A stretch of DNA of 59,220 bases, the filler included. It is 5 parts of 5 records of this genome, joined end to end, with 100 filler letters (N's around TTAATTAATTAA, not from the genome) between each part and the next. Parts side by side here need not be neighbours in the genome. Positions count along the whole stretch, not along the records: positions 25,567 to 31,224 come from DRR723986_4116; positions 31,325 to 59,220 come from DRR723986_4120; 3 more parts are not named here. One strand, 5' to 3'. The notes below the pieces were generated by a model. The model saw only the letters and a list, made by a program, of their open reading frames with translations, ran no database searches and was not told the DNA's origin. A program made the translations under genes and the position numbers. Positions 31,126-39,859 of this stretch are shown piece after piece (positions within the stretch are counted from its first letter, which is position 1; each line of letters starts with the position of its first letter).

Positions 31126-31154
31126 TTGACGGGGGGGCGCGGGGCACATAGAAA
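31126..31154 (+). promoter_or_regulatory. Sigma70-type promoter of the tRNA gene
   Basis: TTGACG-N17-TAGAAA with upstream A-tracts. Confidence 0.6.
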
Positions 31155-31198
31155 CCGCTTCACGCCACGAGGCCGAAGGGTCGAGGGCGATGCAGTGG

Positions 31199-31224
31199 GC
31201 GGTTGTAGCTCAGTTGGTTAGAGT
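31199..31224 (+). tRNA. tRNA 5' part (likely tRNA-Asp; anticodon not visible), truncated by the linker
   Basis: GCGGTTG-TA-GCTC-AGTTGGTTA-GAGT gives acceptor 5' strand and D-arm; matches the alphaproteobacterial tRNA-Asp 5' end as I recall it. Confidence 0.75.
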
Positions 31225-31324
31225 NNNNNNNNNNNNNNNNNNNNNNNNNNNNNNNNNNNNNNNNNNNNTTAATTAATTAANNNNNNNNNNNNNNNNNNNN
31301 NNNNNNNNNNNNNNNNNNNNNNNN
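31225..31324. other. Artificial contig linker
   Basis: N44-TTAATTAATTAA-N44. Confidence 0.99.
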
Positions 31325-31398
31325 TGCGGAGCCGGGCCCGGCTCCGCAGGGGATACGATGATGCGGCTCGCCAGCGGTTATGGCCTGCTGCGACCGGA

Positions 31399-31830
31399 TC
31401 AGGACGCGGGCATAGCCTTTGCGTCGTCCTGAATGCGCGCCAGCATGGAAGCAAGACCGTTCGAGCGCTGGGCCGTCAACGCGCCGCTGACGCCGATCTC
31501 GTCCAGAAAGGCCTTCGCGTCGAAGGACAGGACTTCTTCGCGGGTGGCACTATTGTACAATTTCACAAGGAGGGCGATGAGGCCTGAAACGATCATCGCG
31601 TCAGACTCGGCCCGCAGCACCAGCTTGCCATCTTCCCAGCCCGTGACCAGCCAGACCTGGCTGGCACAGCCGCGCACCCGGGTTTCTTCCGTCCGCTCAT
31701 GCGGCTCCAGCGGCGGGTTCGCCTTGCCCAGGTCGATGATGTGGGCGTAGCGGGCCTCCCAGTCTTCAAGCCAGGAGAAGTCTTCGCGAATGTCTGCGGC
31801 GGTTTCAGCAATGCTCATGGCCCGTGACAT
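31399..31830 (-). CDS. sufE: SufE family Fe-S metabolism protein
   Basis: LEDWEARYAHIIDLGK, VRGCASQVWL, ESDAMIVSGL, LTAQRSNGL. Confidence 0.92.
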   Translation of the reverse strand: MSRAMSIAETAADIREDFSWLEDWEARYAHIIDLGKANPPLEPHERTEETRVRGCASQVWLVTGWEDGKLVLRAESDAMIVSGLIALLVKLYNSATREEVLSFDAKAFLDEIGVSGALTAQRSNGLASMLARIQDDAKAMPAS

Positions 31831-31845
31831 GGGGCATCCTGCCAG

Positions 31846-31881
31846 AAAAGAAAACCCCCGGCGGCCATGGGCCCCGGGGGT
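31846..31881 (-). terminator. Rho-independent terminator
   Basis: Minus strand CCCCCGGGGCC-cat-GGCCGCCGGGGG-TTTTCTTTT. Confidence 0.75.
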
Positions 31882-31904
31882 GAAGGTCGAGAGATGGCAG
31901 GGGC

Positions 31905-32903
31905 TTACTGGTAGACCCCACCGATGCACTTGCCCACATCGGCAAGCGCGTGCTCTCCGATACAGAAAGGTACTTCGTACTGCTGGTTCGCAGCGGCAAC
32001 GCACTGCTGCAGGTTCAGGTTGGCCATGTTCAGGCAGCCGCGGGTCTCGCGTTCTGACATGGCGCTGGACATCTGGGCCGGGGTCGCGGCTTCAGCGCCC
32101 ATGACACGGAAAGCGGCGAGGGTGGCGATCTGGTCGGCGATCGGTTCCTTGCCGTATTTCACGCGCTTGCGATTGAGTTTGAGGCTGGATGTCACGGCGA
32201 CCGGGAAGCGCACTGCGCTGGCTGCGCCGGAGACATTGTCCCAAAGCGACGGAGCGCCGGGAACACCGGCCTGCACCAGCACGCCGTCGATGTCAGCCGC
32301 GCTGAAGGCGTTGACCAGCGGTTGGCTGGCCGGGATGCCGGCCTTCTGGATCTTGTCGAGGGTCGTGGCCTTGGCGCCCGAATTGCCGATCTTGGCCTTG
32401 GCCCAGCCGGATGCCTGCAGCGAGTAGGCCTGTTCCTTCACGAAGGCGGCAGCGCTGGAAAGGCGACGGCTGTCGGCCTCGGTTGCGGCGAGCGCGGCGC
32501 TGACGGCCGTGTCGCCGCCATTCAGCGTACGGGCATAGCGCACATCATTGGCAAGACCGTTCATCATGGCATCACGGCCATAGAAATCCGCGATGTCGCG
32601 GACTGCGGCGCGATACTCAGGGTCCTGAGAGGCGATAAGGGCGGAATAGGAAATCCAGCCCTGCGAAAGCTGGTCGGGATTGTGTCCGCCGAGCGAGTTC
32701 AGGGCGTGGTCGATATCGCTGGCGGAGCCGAGCGGTTTCGTTTTTACGTCCGTCACTTCGGATTGGTAGGTAGCGTAAACGGCAGCGGATTCGGAAATCG
32801 CATCACCGGATTTCTTCTCGTCGGGCTGACCTTCCTGTGCGGAGGCTCCAAGAGCCATCCCCATAGCGATAACAATAGCCCCGATCGTTCTGATGGAATT
32901 CAT
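31905..32903 (-). CDS. Secreted hypothetical protein
   Basis: Signal peptide ending ASA; four Cys at the C-terminus; GGGAG RBS and its own terminator; host-like codon usage. Confidence 0.85.
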   Translation of the reverse strand: MNSIRTIGAIVIAMGMALGASAQEGQPDEKKSGDAISESAAVYATYQSEVTDVKTKPLGSASDIDHALNSLGGHNPDQLSQGWISYSALIASQDPEYRAAVRDIADFYGRDAMMNGLANDVRYARTLNGGDTAVSAALAATEADSRRLSSAAAFVKEQAYSLQASGWAKAKIGNSGAKATTLDKIQKAGIPASQPLVNAFSAADIDGVLVQAGVPGAPSLWDNVSGAASAVRFPVAVTSSLKLNRKRVKYGKEPIADQIATLAAFRVMGAEAATPAQMSSAMSERETRGCLNMANLNLQQCVAAANQQYEVPFCIGEHALADVGKCIGGVYQ

Positions 32904-33053
32904 GTTCGCTCACTCCCTCACGCGACACACGATACTTTCTGCCCGAACTTCCCCAAGGGGGGAACAGCAGCTTGCCCGCTTCTTGCATTACAAATACAGC
33001 AAGAAACCGCCGACACCGTTACAATGCCTAATGAATCTCACCGGGGTATTAAT

Positions 33054-34670
33054 ATGTTGCCCCAAAAGCAGCGTCAGAGATTACGGATTATACACCTTGG
33101 CTGGCTGGCCATGGTGGTTGCGGTTGCCTGTTCCATTCTCGTGTCGCGCGAAAGAGAGGCGTTCTCGTTCGCCTGGCTGGGGCTGGCGGCCCTGCCGGGA
33201 CTGACTGGGTATCTGCTGTTGGGGCCTGACCGGCTTCTGAACCAGTTTGCCCCGTCTTTTCTGGTGATTACATGGACTGTGTTTGCCGCTTTCGCCCTCG
33301 CATTGAGCGGCGCAGCGATGTCTCCATTGGCGGTTCTTTTCGTGATCGCGCCTCTGGTGGCGCTCAGCCTTAACAATTCCAGCATGGCGGCTGAAGCATC
33401 GATTTTCGGCGCAGGGGCCTATTTCGTGGCAATCCTGTTGTCCGAAATCGGGATTCTGCCGATGGGAGAGGCCGTTCCGGGCTTTTCCAGCGTCGCCCGG
33501 CTGCTGGCTTTTGCAGCGCTTGTCACCTGCGCGCTGCTTGTCTGGTATCTCGCTCGCGGGCAGGCGCAGCTTGTGGCTGCGGCGATGGACCAGCCGCCGC
33601 TTGCCGAAGTCTGTCATCCGGCCAGGGCGACCATTCCTGTTCCGGCCAATTCCGGCGTCCTCCTGCTGGACGTGACGTCAGACGGCATGATCCGCGGAGC
33701 GGACGGCGACCGGCTTGGCCTGCCGGCCATCGGTGCGGGCACGCTGTTGCGCGACATTCTGGATGTCTCAACTCCGCCCGCCAGGCTGCTCAGCGCATCT
33801 GCGATGGCAGGGGAGGCGGTCCTCGCCAACGGCCGCAGCATCGCTTTTTGCGCCACACCTTATGACGGCGGCACGCATATCGTGCTGATCGACCGTCAGG
33901 CGCAGGCGGGCAAAGTGCCTGCTGTCGATACCGAAACGCGTGCGCGTGATGCCGTCCGCCAGCGCACGGCTTTCTTCGCTTCGCTGGGTCATGACCTGAA
34001 AACGCCGCTGAATGCCATCATCGGCTATGCCGACATGATGCGCCATGGCGTGCGCGGCCCGCTTCCGGAAGCCTATCAGGATTATCCGGCCATTATTCAT
34101 GACAGCGGTCAGGAACTGCTCCTCATGGTGGAGGACATGCTCGACCTCGCAAAGGCCGATGCCGATCGGTATCGCCTTGAGCCGGAGCCGGTCGACCTGT
34201 CCGCTTCAGCGCAATCGGTGATCCGCCAGCTGGAGAACCAGGCCGAACGGGCCGGGGTGAAACTGCGCCTGAAAGCGGATGAGGACGTCTGGGCACAGGC
34301 GGATGCGCGCGCCGTGCGCCAGATCTGGCAGAACCTCGTGTCCAATGCGATCAAATACTCGGATAGCGGCAGCGCCGTGGTGCTGGATGCGGAAATCAGC
34401 GGCAATGCCGCCATCCTGTCCGTCACGGACAAGGGCGCCGGCATGAGTGAGGAAGATGTGCGCCTCGCGCTGGAGCCGTTCGCGCAGGGCGGCAATGCCC
34501 GCGGAGTGAAGGGGACGGGGCTGGGGCTCGCCGTGGTCAAACGGTTCGCGGAGCTGCATGGCGGGCAGATCGACATCCGCTCGACCCTCGGCAAAGGCAC
34601 GCGCGTGTCCGTGACCCTGCCGCGGGCGCATGACGCAGATATCGATGCCGTGGATGATGCTGCGCAATAA
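33054..34670 (+). CDS. divJ: Membrane sensor histidine kinase, DivJ-like
   Basis: Multi-TM N-terminus; H-box HDLKTPLNAIIG, NLVSNAIKY, DKGAG, GTGLGL; sufE/DUF1491 neighbourhood typical of divJ loci. Confidence 0.65.
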   Translation: MLPQKQRQRLRIIHLGWLAMVVAVACSILVSREREAFSFAWLGLAALPGLTGYLLLGPDRLLNQFAPSFLVITWTVFAAFALALSGAAMSPLAVLFVIAPLVALSLNNSSMAAEASIFGAGAYFVAILLSEIGILPMGEAVPGFSSVARLLAFAALVTCALLVWYLARGQAQLVAAAMDQPPLAEVCHPARATIPVPANSGVLLLDVTSDGMIRGADGDRLGLPAIGAGTLLRDILDVSTPPARLLSASAMAGEAVLANGRSIAFCATPYDGGTHIVLIDRQAQAGKVPAVDTETRARDAVRQRTAFFASLGHDLKTPLNAIIGYADMMRHGVRGPLPEAYQDYPAIIHDSGQELLLMVEDMLDLAKADADRYRLEPEPVDLSASAQSVIRQLENQAERAGVKLRLKADEDVWAQADARAVRQIWQNLVSNAIKYSDSGSAVVLDAEISGNAAILSVTDKGAGMSEEDVRLALEPFAQGGNARGVKGTGLGLAVVKRFAELHGGQIDIRSTLGKGTRVSVTLPRAHDADIDAVDDAAQ

Positions 34671-34685
34671 AGCGGGCGTCAGCCT

Positions 34686-34886
34686 CTAGACGTCCTCGTC
34701 TTCCGGCAAGCTTGACCGCAACAGCAGGAACAGTCCGCCAAATATCGCTGCACCCATCGCAAACAGGATGATGGATGTGGCGAGAAACAGGACGTCGCCT
34801 GGATGGTTTGAATGCTGTATGAGTCCGGTCAGGCCGCCGGCAAAGGCAATGGCGGGTGCCAGCAGGATCAGATCGCTGCTCTTCAT
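34686..34886 (-). CDS. Small 2-TM hypothetical protein (66 aa)
   Basis: MKSSDLILLAPAIAFAGG...; two hydrophobic helices, acidic tail, AAGGGG RBS. Confidence 0.7.
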   Translation of the reverse strand: MKSSDLILLAPAIAFAGGLTGLIQHSNHPGDVLFLATSIILFAMGAAIFGGLFLLLRSSLPEDEDV

Positions 34887-34909
34887 GCTCTGGCCCCTTC
34901 CGTCAGTCG

Positions 34910-34925
34910 TTACCAGTGCGTTAAC
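34910..34925. promoter_or_regulatory. CtrA-like box
   Basis: TTAC-N7-TTAAC, one mismatch to TTAA-N7-TTAAC. Confidence 0.5.
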
Positions 34926-34973
34926 ACTGAACCTGAAACTGCAAGCATTATGCCGTTTCGAAGGAGACACCCG

Positions 34974-35321
34974 ATGATGGAGCGCCTGCCCACACGCCTC
35001 TGGATCGAGGCCCTGATCCGCCGGGCGGAAGTCGCGGGCGCGTCAGGCTTTATTGTCCAGCATGGCGACGATGACCGCGGCGATGTCCTGGTGAAGGTTG
35101 CGCGGCTGGACGGAACGGCGGCGGCCTACATCCCGTCCATGGGTATGGACGGTGACCGCATCTTCATGAATCTCGCCGCGCAGGGGGTTGGCCCGGACGA
35201 ACATGGGGTGGATGACTACGTCGCCCGGGCGCGCAAACGCGACAGTGATCTCTGGGTCGTCGAAATCGAAGACAAGGAAGGGCGACATTTCCTGACAGAG
35301 CATGTCGAGGAAGGTGCCTGA
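34974..35321 (+). CDS. DUF1491 family protein
   Basis: RLPTRLWIEALIRR, GDDDRGDVLVK, RDSDLWVVEIEDKEGRHFL. Confidence 0.88.
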   Translation: MMERLPTRLWIEALIRRAEVAGASGFIVQHGDDDRGDVLVKVARLDGTAAAYIPSMGMDGDRIFMNLAAQGVGPDEHGVDDYVARARKRDSDLWVVEIEDKEGRHFLTEHVEEGA

Positions 35322-35382
35322 AAAGGAAGCCTGAAACCTGTCGCAGGATCCGGCAAATTCCTTCGTGCAGGACAAGCCTCTG

Positions 35383-35398
35383 TTAACGCCCCGCTAAC
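35383..35398. promoter_or_regulatory. CtrA-like box
   Basis: TTAA-N7-CTAAC. Confidence 0.5.
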
Positions 35399-35449
35399 CC
35401 CGTACGGGCAGCTTGAAATTCGAATCAGGATACTGGGCAAGGCGGGGTT

Positions 35450-35824
35450 ATGCTGTTTCTCTTGAACGAACAGATCGTCGATGTGGCGATCCCGGAAATT
35501 CATCTGTCCAAGCGCTGGAAAGTGCTTGGCTGCGGGGATCCTGCCAGCATGCGGGCGCGAGAGGCGCTGGAATTCGTTGCGCGGGTTGTGTCGGCCCATG
35601 TCGATGAAGGCGTCACGATGGAAGTGAGCCTGGTCGAAGACCTGGCAGCCCTGATCATTGCGAAAACGGGCGCGAATGCAGCCCTGTTCCCGGTAAAAGA
35701 GAAGCGCGTCGGCGAGGCTCGTCTGACGATCCTACCGGAAACGATCCTCGCCAGCCTGCGCGAACGCCATGAGCATGAAGGTCAGGCGCCGGACCTGGAA
35801 CAGATCTGGCCAAAGGCTGCCTGA
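35450..35824 (+). CDS. Hypothetical protein
   Basis: 124-aa ORF with host-like codon usage and an RBS, fills the gap before prfC. Confidence 0.75.
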   Translation: MLFLLNEQIVDVAIPEIHLSKRWKVLGCGDPASMRAREALEFVARVVSAHVDEGVTMEVSLVEDLAALIIAKTGANAALFPVKEKRVGEARLTILPETILASLRERHEHEGQAPDLEQIWPKAA

Positions 35825-35917
35825 CGCACTGTCAGCACACTCCGCCTGACACCAGCCCTTCAATCCGTGGCCTAAATCGGCTAGGGGCTCGGCCTGGAAA
35901 ATACGAGCCGTTTCAAC

Positions 35918-37516
35918 ATGTCCCACGCAGCAGAAGCCGCCCGCCGGCGGACCTTCGCCATCATCTCACACCCTGACGCGGGCAAGACCACGCTGACGGA
36001 GAACCTGCTGCTGGCTGGCGGGGCCATCCGTGCGGCCGGGGAAGTGGCTGCGCGCGGCGAGGCACGGCGAACAACGTCCGACTGGATGAAGATCGAGCGG
36101 GACCGCGGCATCTCCGTGTCGGCCTCCGTCATGACCTTCGAGTTCGAGGATCTCATCTTCAACCTGCTCGACACGCCGGGCCACGAAGACTTCTCCGAAG
36201 ACACCTATCGTACGCTGACCGCAGCGGACTGCGCCGTCATGGTTCTGGACGCGGCAAAAGGCATCGAGCCGCAGACGCTGAAACTGTTTGAAGTTTGTCG
36301 CCTGCGTGACATCCCGATCGTCACCTTCATCAACAAGATGGACCGCGAGGCACAGGACCCCATCGCGCTCCTGGACGAAGTGCAGGAAAAGCTGCAGCTG
36401 GATACCGCGCCGCTTTACTGGCCTGCGGCCAGTGGTCAGCGTTTCTCCGGCATGATCGACCTGGCCACGAAGGAACTGATCCAGTTCGAACGCCGCCCCG
36501 GCGAAGCGCCGAAGATCGGCGCCGCACCGCGCATTGCCGCCGATGAGGCGACCCTTCAGGCGAACCTCGACGAGAGCGTCTATGGCGAACTCTCTGAAGG
36601 CATGGAGATGGCGACAGGCCTCCTGCCGGAGTTCGATAAGGAAGCCTTCCTCGGCGGCCACATGACGCCGGTCGTGTTCGGCTCTGCACTGCGCCATTTC
36701 GGCGTTCTGGAGCTGCTCCGTACGCTGCACGCCTATGCGCCGCCGCCGCGTGATCAGAAAGCGGAGAAGAAGGGCGAACCGGTTATCATCCATGCCGACG
36801 ACAACACGGTGTCGGGGTTCGTCTTCAAGATCCAGGCGAACATGGATCCGAACCACCGTGACCGCGTGGCGTTCCTTCGCCTGTGTTCGGGCGAGTTCAA
36901 GCGCGGGATGCGCCTGAAGACGGCGGGTGGCAAGCAGCTGAACATCCATAACCCGATGATGTTTCTCGCGCAGGATCGCGAGATCGCCGAGACCGCCTAT
37001 GCGGGCGACGTGATCGGTGTGCCGAACCATGGCCAATTGCGCGTCGGCGACAGCCTGTCGGAGAATGGCGACATCAAATTCGCCGGCATTCCGAACTTTG
37101 CGCCGGAACTTCTGCGCCGGGCGCGTGTGAAAGACCCAATGAAAGCAAAGCACTTGCGCAAGGCCCTCGAAAGCCTCGCGGAAGAGGGGGTCACCCAGCT
37201 GTTCAAGCCGACCATCGGTTCCGACATGATCGTCGGCGCCGTCGGCCAACTGCAGTTCGAGGTGATGATCGAGCGCGTGGCGGCAGAGTACAATCTGGAA
37301 GTCGTGTTCGAACCGGCGCCCTATAACGTCGCGCGCTGGCTCTCCTGTGACGATCCGAAAGTGCTGGAAGCCTTCCTTGAGAAGAACAAGTCCTCGTCAG
37401 GCACAGACCTTGACGATGCGCCGGTCTATCTCGCCAAGAATGCATGGGATGTCGGCTACGCCCAGGAAAAGAACCCGGACATCCGCTTCACGGCAACGAA
37501 AGAGCGCGCGCTCTAG
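35918..37516 (+). CDS. prfC: Peptide chain release factor 3
   Basis: RRRTFAIISHPDAGKTT, SDWMKIE, DTPGHEDFSEDTYRTL, FKIQANMDPNHRDR. Confidence 0.98.
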   Translation: MSHAAEAARRRTFAIISHPDAGKTTLTENLLLAGGAIRAAGEVAARGEARRTTSDWMKIERDRGISVSASVMTFEFEDLIFNLLDTPGHEDFSEDTYRTLTAADCAVMVLDAAKGIEPQTLKLFEVCRLRDIPIVTFINKMDREAQDPIALLDEVQEKLQLDTAPLYWPAASGQRFSGMIDLATKELIQFERRPGEAPKIGAAPRIAADEATLQANLDESVYGELSEGMEMATGLLPEFDKEAFLGGHMTPVVFGSALRHFGVLELLRTLHAYAPPPRDQKAEKKGEPVIIHADDNTVSGFVFKIQANMDPNHRDRVAFLRLCSGEFKRGMRLKTAGGKQLNIHNPMMFLAQDREIAETAYAGDVIGVPNHGQLRVGDSLSENGDIKFAGIPNFAPELLRRARVKDPMKAKHLRKALESLAEEGVTQLFKPTIGSDMIVGAVGQLQFEVMIERVAAEYNLEVVFEPAPYNVARWLSCDDPKVLEAFLEKNKSSSGTDLDDAPVYLAKNAWDVGYAQEKNPDIRFTATKERAL

Positions 37517-37521
37517 AGCGC

Positions 37522-37908
37522 TTATTCGCTTTCCGGTCCGCCTTCGATTTCGGGCTTCGGTTCCGGGATGAACTTCGCGGCAAGCGTCGGCGAGACGCCG
37601 GAGGTGGCCAGCGGGTTCGGCCGGGCCTTGCCGCCGCCGCGCTTCAGTTCACAGCGCGCATCGGCACCTTCGAACGTGGCCACATAGCTCCAGGCGACGC
37701 ACTGCGCATCGCCTGCGCAACTCGACTGGCAGGCGGAGGCGGTGTCGCCCGGCGTCACGGAATAAGTGGCCCCGAAACGATAGACCCCGGTTTCCTGTCC
37801 CTTTGCGGGTTCAGGCTTGTCAGGTTTCATGCTGGGTGTGTCCGCGAAGGCCGGCGCGGCCAGCAGGACTATGGCGCTCGAGGCGGCAAGAAGGGGTACC
37901 AGGCGCAT
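37522..37908 (-). CDS. Secreted PAN/Apple-domain protein; alternative start 37923
   Basis: Signal peptide ending AFA; CQSSC-x5-CVAWSY...CELK PAN signature. Confidence 0.8.
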   Translation of the reverse strand: MRLVPLLAASSAIVLLAAPAFADTPSMKPDKPEPAKGQETGVYRFGATYSVTPGDTASACQSSCAGDAQCVAWSYVATFEGADARCELKRGGGKARPNPLATSGVSPTLAAKFIPEPKPEIEGGPESE

Positions 37909-37941
37909 GGGCGTCGTCTCCATCTGTCAGGCCCAAGTCTA

Positions 37942-37957
37942 GTAAGGCCTGCTTAAC
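37942..37957. promoter_or_regulatory. CtrA-like box upstream of the PAN gene
   Basis: GTAA-N7-TTAAC. Confidence 0.5.
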
Positions 37958-37992
37958 GAAGTGTTCGCCGCCACCATTTCAAATTGGTCAGG

Positions 37993-39813
37993 TTACTTCG
38001 CCAGCGCTTCGCGCTTTTCCTCGATCTCCAGCCATTCCATCTCGGCCATGTCGAGCTCTTCGCGCGCTGCGCCGATGCGGGCGGACTTCCTGTTGAAGGC
38101 GTCCGCGTCGCGAGCATAGAGATCCGGATCGGACATGTCCTGCTCCAGCCTGGCGATTTCGGCCTGCAGCTTCGGGATCAGTGCGTCCAGTTCCTTCTGG
38201 CGATGCTCGTCCTTGAAGGAGAGCTTCGTCTGAGGTTTCGGGCGCCCGGCATTGTCTGTCTTCGGTTTTTCTGCCTTCGGAGCATCTGTTGTGCCCCGCT
38301 GCCGGAAGCCTTTCAGCTGTTCCTGCGCGTCGCTCCAGCCACCCGCCGTGACGATCCATTCGCCATTGCCGACAGGGCAGAGGCAGCTGGTCACCGTGGC
38401 ATCGAGGAAGGCCCGGTCGTGGCTGACCAGGATCAGCGTGCCTTCATAGCCGAGCAGCATGTCCTCCAGCAGGTCCAGCGTCTGCATGTCGAGATCGTTG
38501 GTCGGTTCGTCCATCACGAGCAGGTTGGACGGCTGGGCAAGACCAATGGCAAGGGCGAGCCGGTTGCGTTCCCCGCCGGAGAGCGCACCGACCGGCTGGC
38601 GCAGCTGGTCCGGCGCAAACAGGAAGTCTTTCGCATAGGCAGCAACATGCCGCTGGCGGCCCTGCACCATGATGGAGTCGCCGCCATTCGGGGCGAGGGC
38701 TTCCCAGATCGTGTCCTTCGGGTTCAGCGTTTCGCGCGTCTGGTCCTGATAGGTGACCTGCAGTGTCTTCGAATGCTTCACGCTGCCGCTGTCCGGTTCG
38801 ATCCGTCCCAGCAGGAGTTTCACCAGCGTTGTCTTGCCGACGCCATTGGGCCCGATGATGCCGATCCGGTCGCCGCGCAGGATCTTGATGGAGAGATCGT
38901 GGACCAGCGTGAACGGCCCATCCGGGCCGTCATAGGTCTTGGTCAGGTGCCGCGCCTCGATCATCTTCTTGCTCATCGAATCCCCGGCGTCGACGCTGAG
39001 GTCGGCGGTGGCTTTGCGGTCCTGCAGAGCGGCGCGCATCTCGGCGTGTTCGGTGCGCAGGTCTTTCAACTTGGCGAGTCGGCCCTGGTTGCGCTTGCGG
39101 CGCCCGGTGACACCGCGGGCAAGCCAATGCTGCTCGTCCTTCAGGTGCGTCGTCATCCGGCGCAGCTGGCGTTCTTCCTCCACCTCGATCTGTTCGGCCC
39201 ATTCGTCGAACTTCACATAGCCGTCCGGGCTCTTCAGCACCTTGCCCTGGCGCAGCCAGAGCGTGTTGGTCGAGATGTTCTCAAGGAAACGCCGGTCGTG
39301 GCTGACGACCAGCACGACGCCGTTGAAGCTTTTCAGGCGTGCTTCCAGCTGTTCGATCATCGGCACGTCGAGATGGTTGGTCGGCTCGTCCAGCAGCAGC
39401 ATGTCCGGATCGGCGGCAAAGGCCTTGGCGAGCGCGGCGCGGCGCAGCTGCCCGCCGGAGAGTGTGGCCGGGTCTGCATCTGCCTCTACGCCGAATTCCG
39501 ACAATTCGGCCTCGGCCATATAGGCGCTGTCGAGGCCTTCGCTGGCATAGGCGAGCACGGATTCAAACCCGGCAAGGTCCGGCTCCTGCGCGACGCTGGC
39601 GAAGGTGATGCCCGGCTGGCGCCAGACGTCGCCGCTGTCGGCTTCCACGCGCTCTGAAATGATCTTCATCAGGGTCGACTTGCCCGCGCCGTTGCGGCCG
39701 ACCAGCGCCACACGTTCGCCCTTCGACAGAGAGAAGCTCACGCCTGTGAACAGGGGCTTGCCCCCGAAGGAGAGGCGGACATCGGTGAGCGTGATCAATG
39801 GAGGCGCGGCCAT
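37993..39813 (-). CDS. ABC-F family ATPase (Uup-like)
   Basis: Two ABC cassettes (GRNGAGKST, LSGGQ, DEPTNHLD; GPNGVGKTT, LSGGE, DEPTNDLD) and a KLSFK coiled-coil tail. Confidence 0.93.
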   Translation of the reverse strand: MAAPPLITLTDVRLSFGGKPLFTGVSFSLSKGERVALVGRNGAGKSTLMKIISERVEADSGDVWRQPGITFASVAQEPDLAGFESVLAYASEGLDSAYMAEAELSEFGVEADADPATLSGGQLRRAALAKAFAADPDMLLLDEPTNHLDVPMIEQLEARLKSFNGVVLVVSHDRRFLENISTNTLWLRQGKVLKSPDGYVKFDEWAEQIEVEEERQLRRMTTHLKDEQHWLARGVTGRRKRNQGRLAKLKDLRTEHAEMRAALQDRKATADLSVDAGDSMSKKMIEARHLTKTYDGPDGPFTLVHDLSIKILRGDRIGIIGPNGVGKTTLVKLLLGRIEPDSGSVKHSKTLQVTYQDQTRETLNPKDTIWEALAPNGGDSIMVQGRQRHVAAYAKDFLFAPDQLRQPVGALSGGERNRLALAIGLAQPSNLLVMDEPTNDLDMQTLDLLEDMLLGYEGTLILVSHDRAFLDATVTSCLCPVGNGEWIVTAGGWSDAQEQLKGFRQRGTTDAPKAEKPKTDNAGRPKPQTKLSFKDEHRQKELDALIPKLQAEIARLEQDMSDPDLYARDADAFNRKSARIGAAREELDMAEMEWLEIEEKREALAK

Positions 39814-39859
39814 GCGCGCGATGTAGCGCGCGGGAAGGGGCGGCGCTAGGGGGGGGGCG

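Noticed and set aside
31325..31348. Perfect 24-bp palindrome TGCGGAGCCGGGCCCGGCTCCGCA
   Set aside because: Loopless and exactly at a contig start, so it may be an assembly artefact; cannot be judged
32322..33053. N-terminal extension making a 782-aa kinase
   Set aside because: Overlaps the antisense secreted-protein gene; the kinase plausibly starts at 33054 (or 33024)
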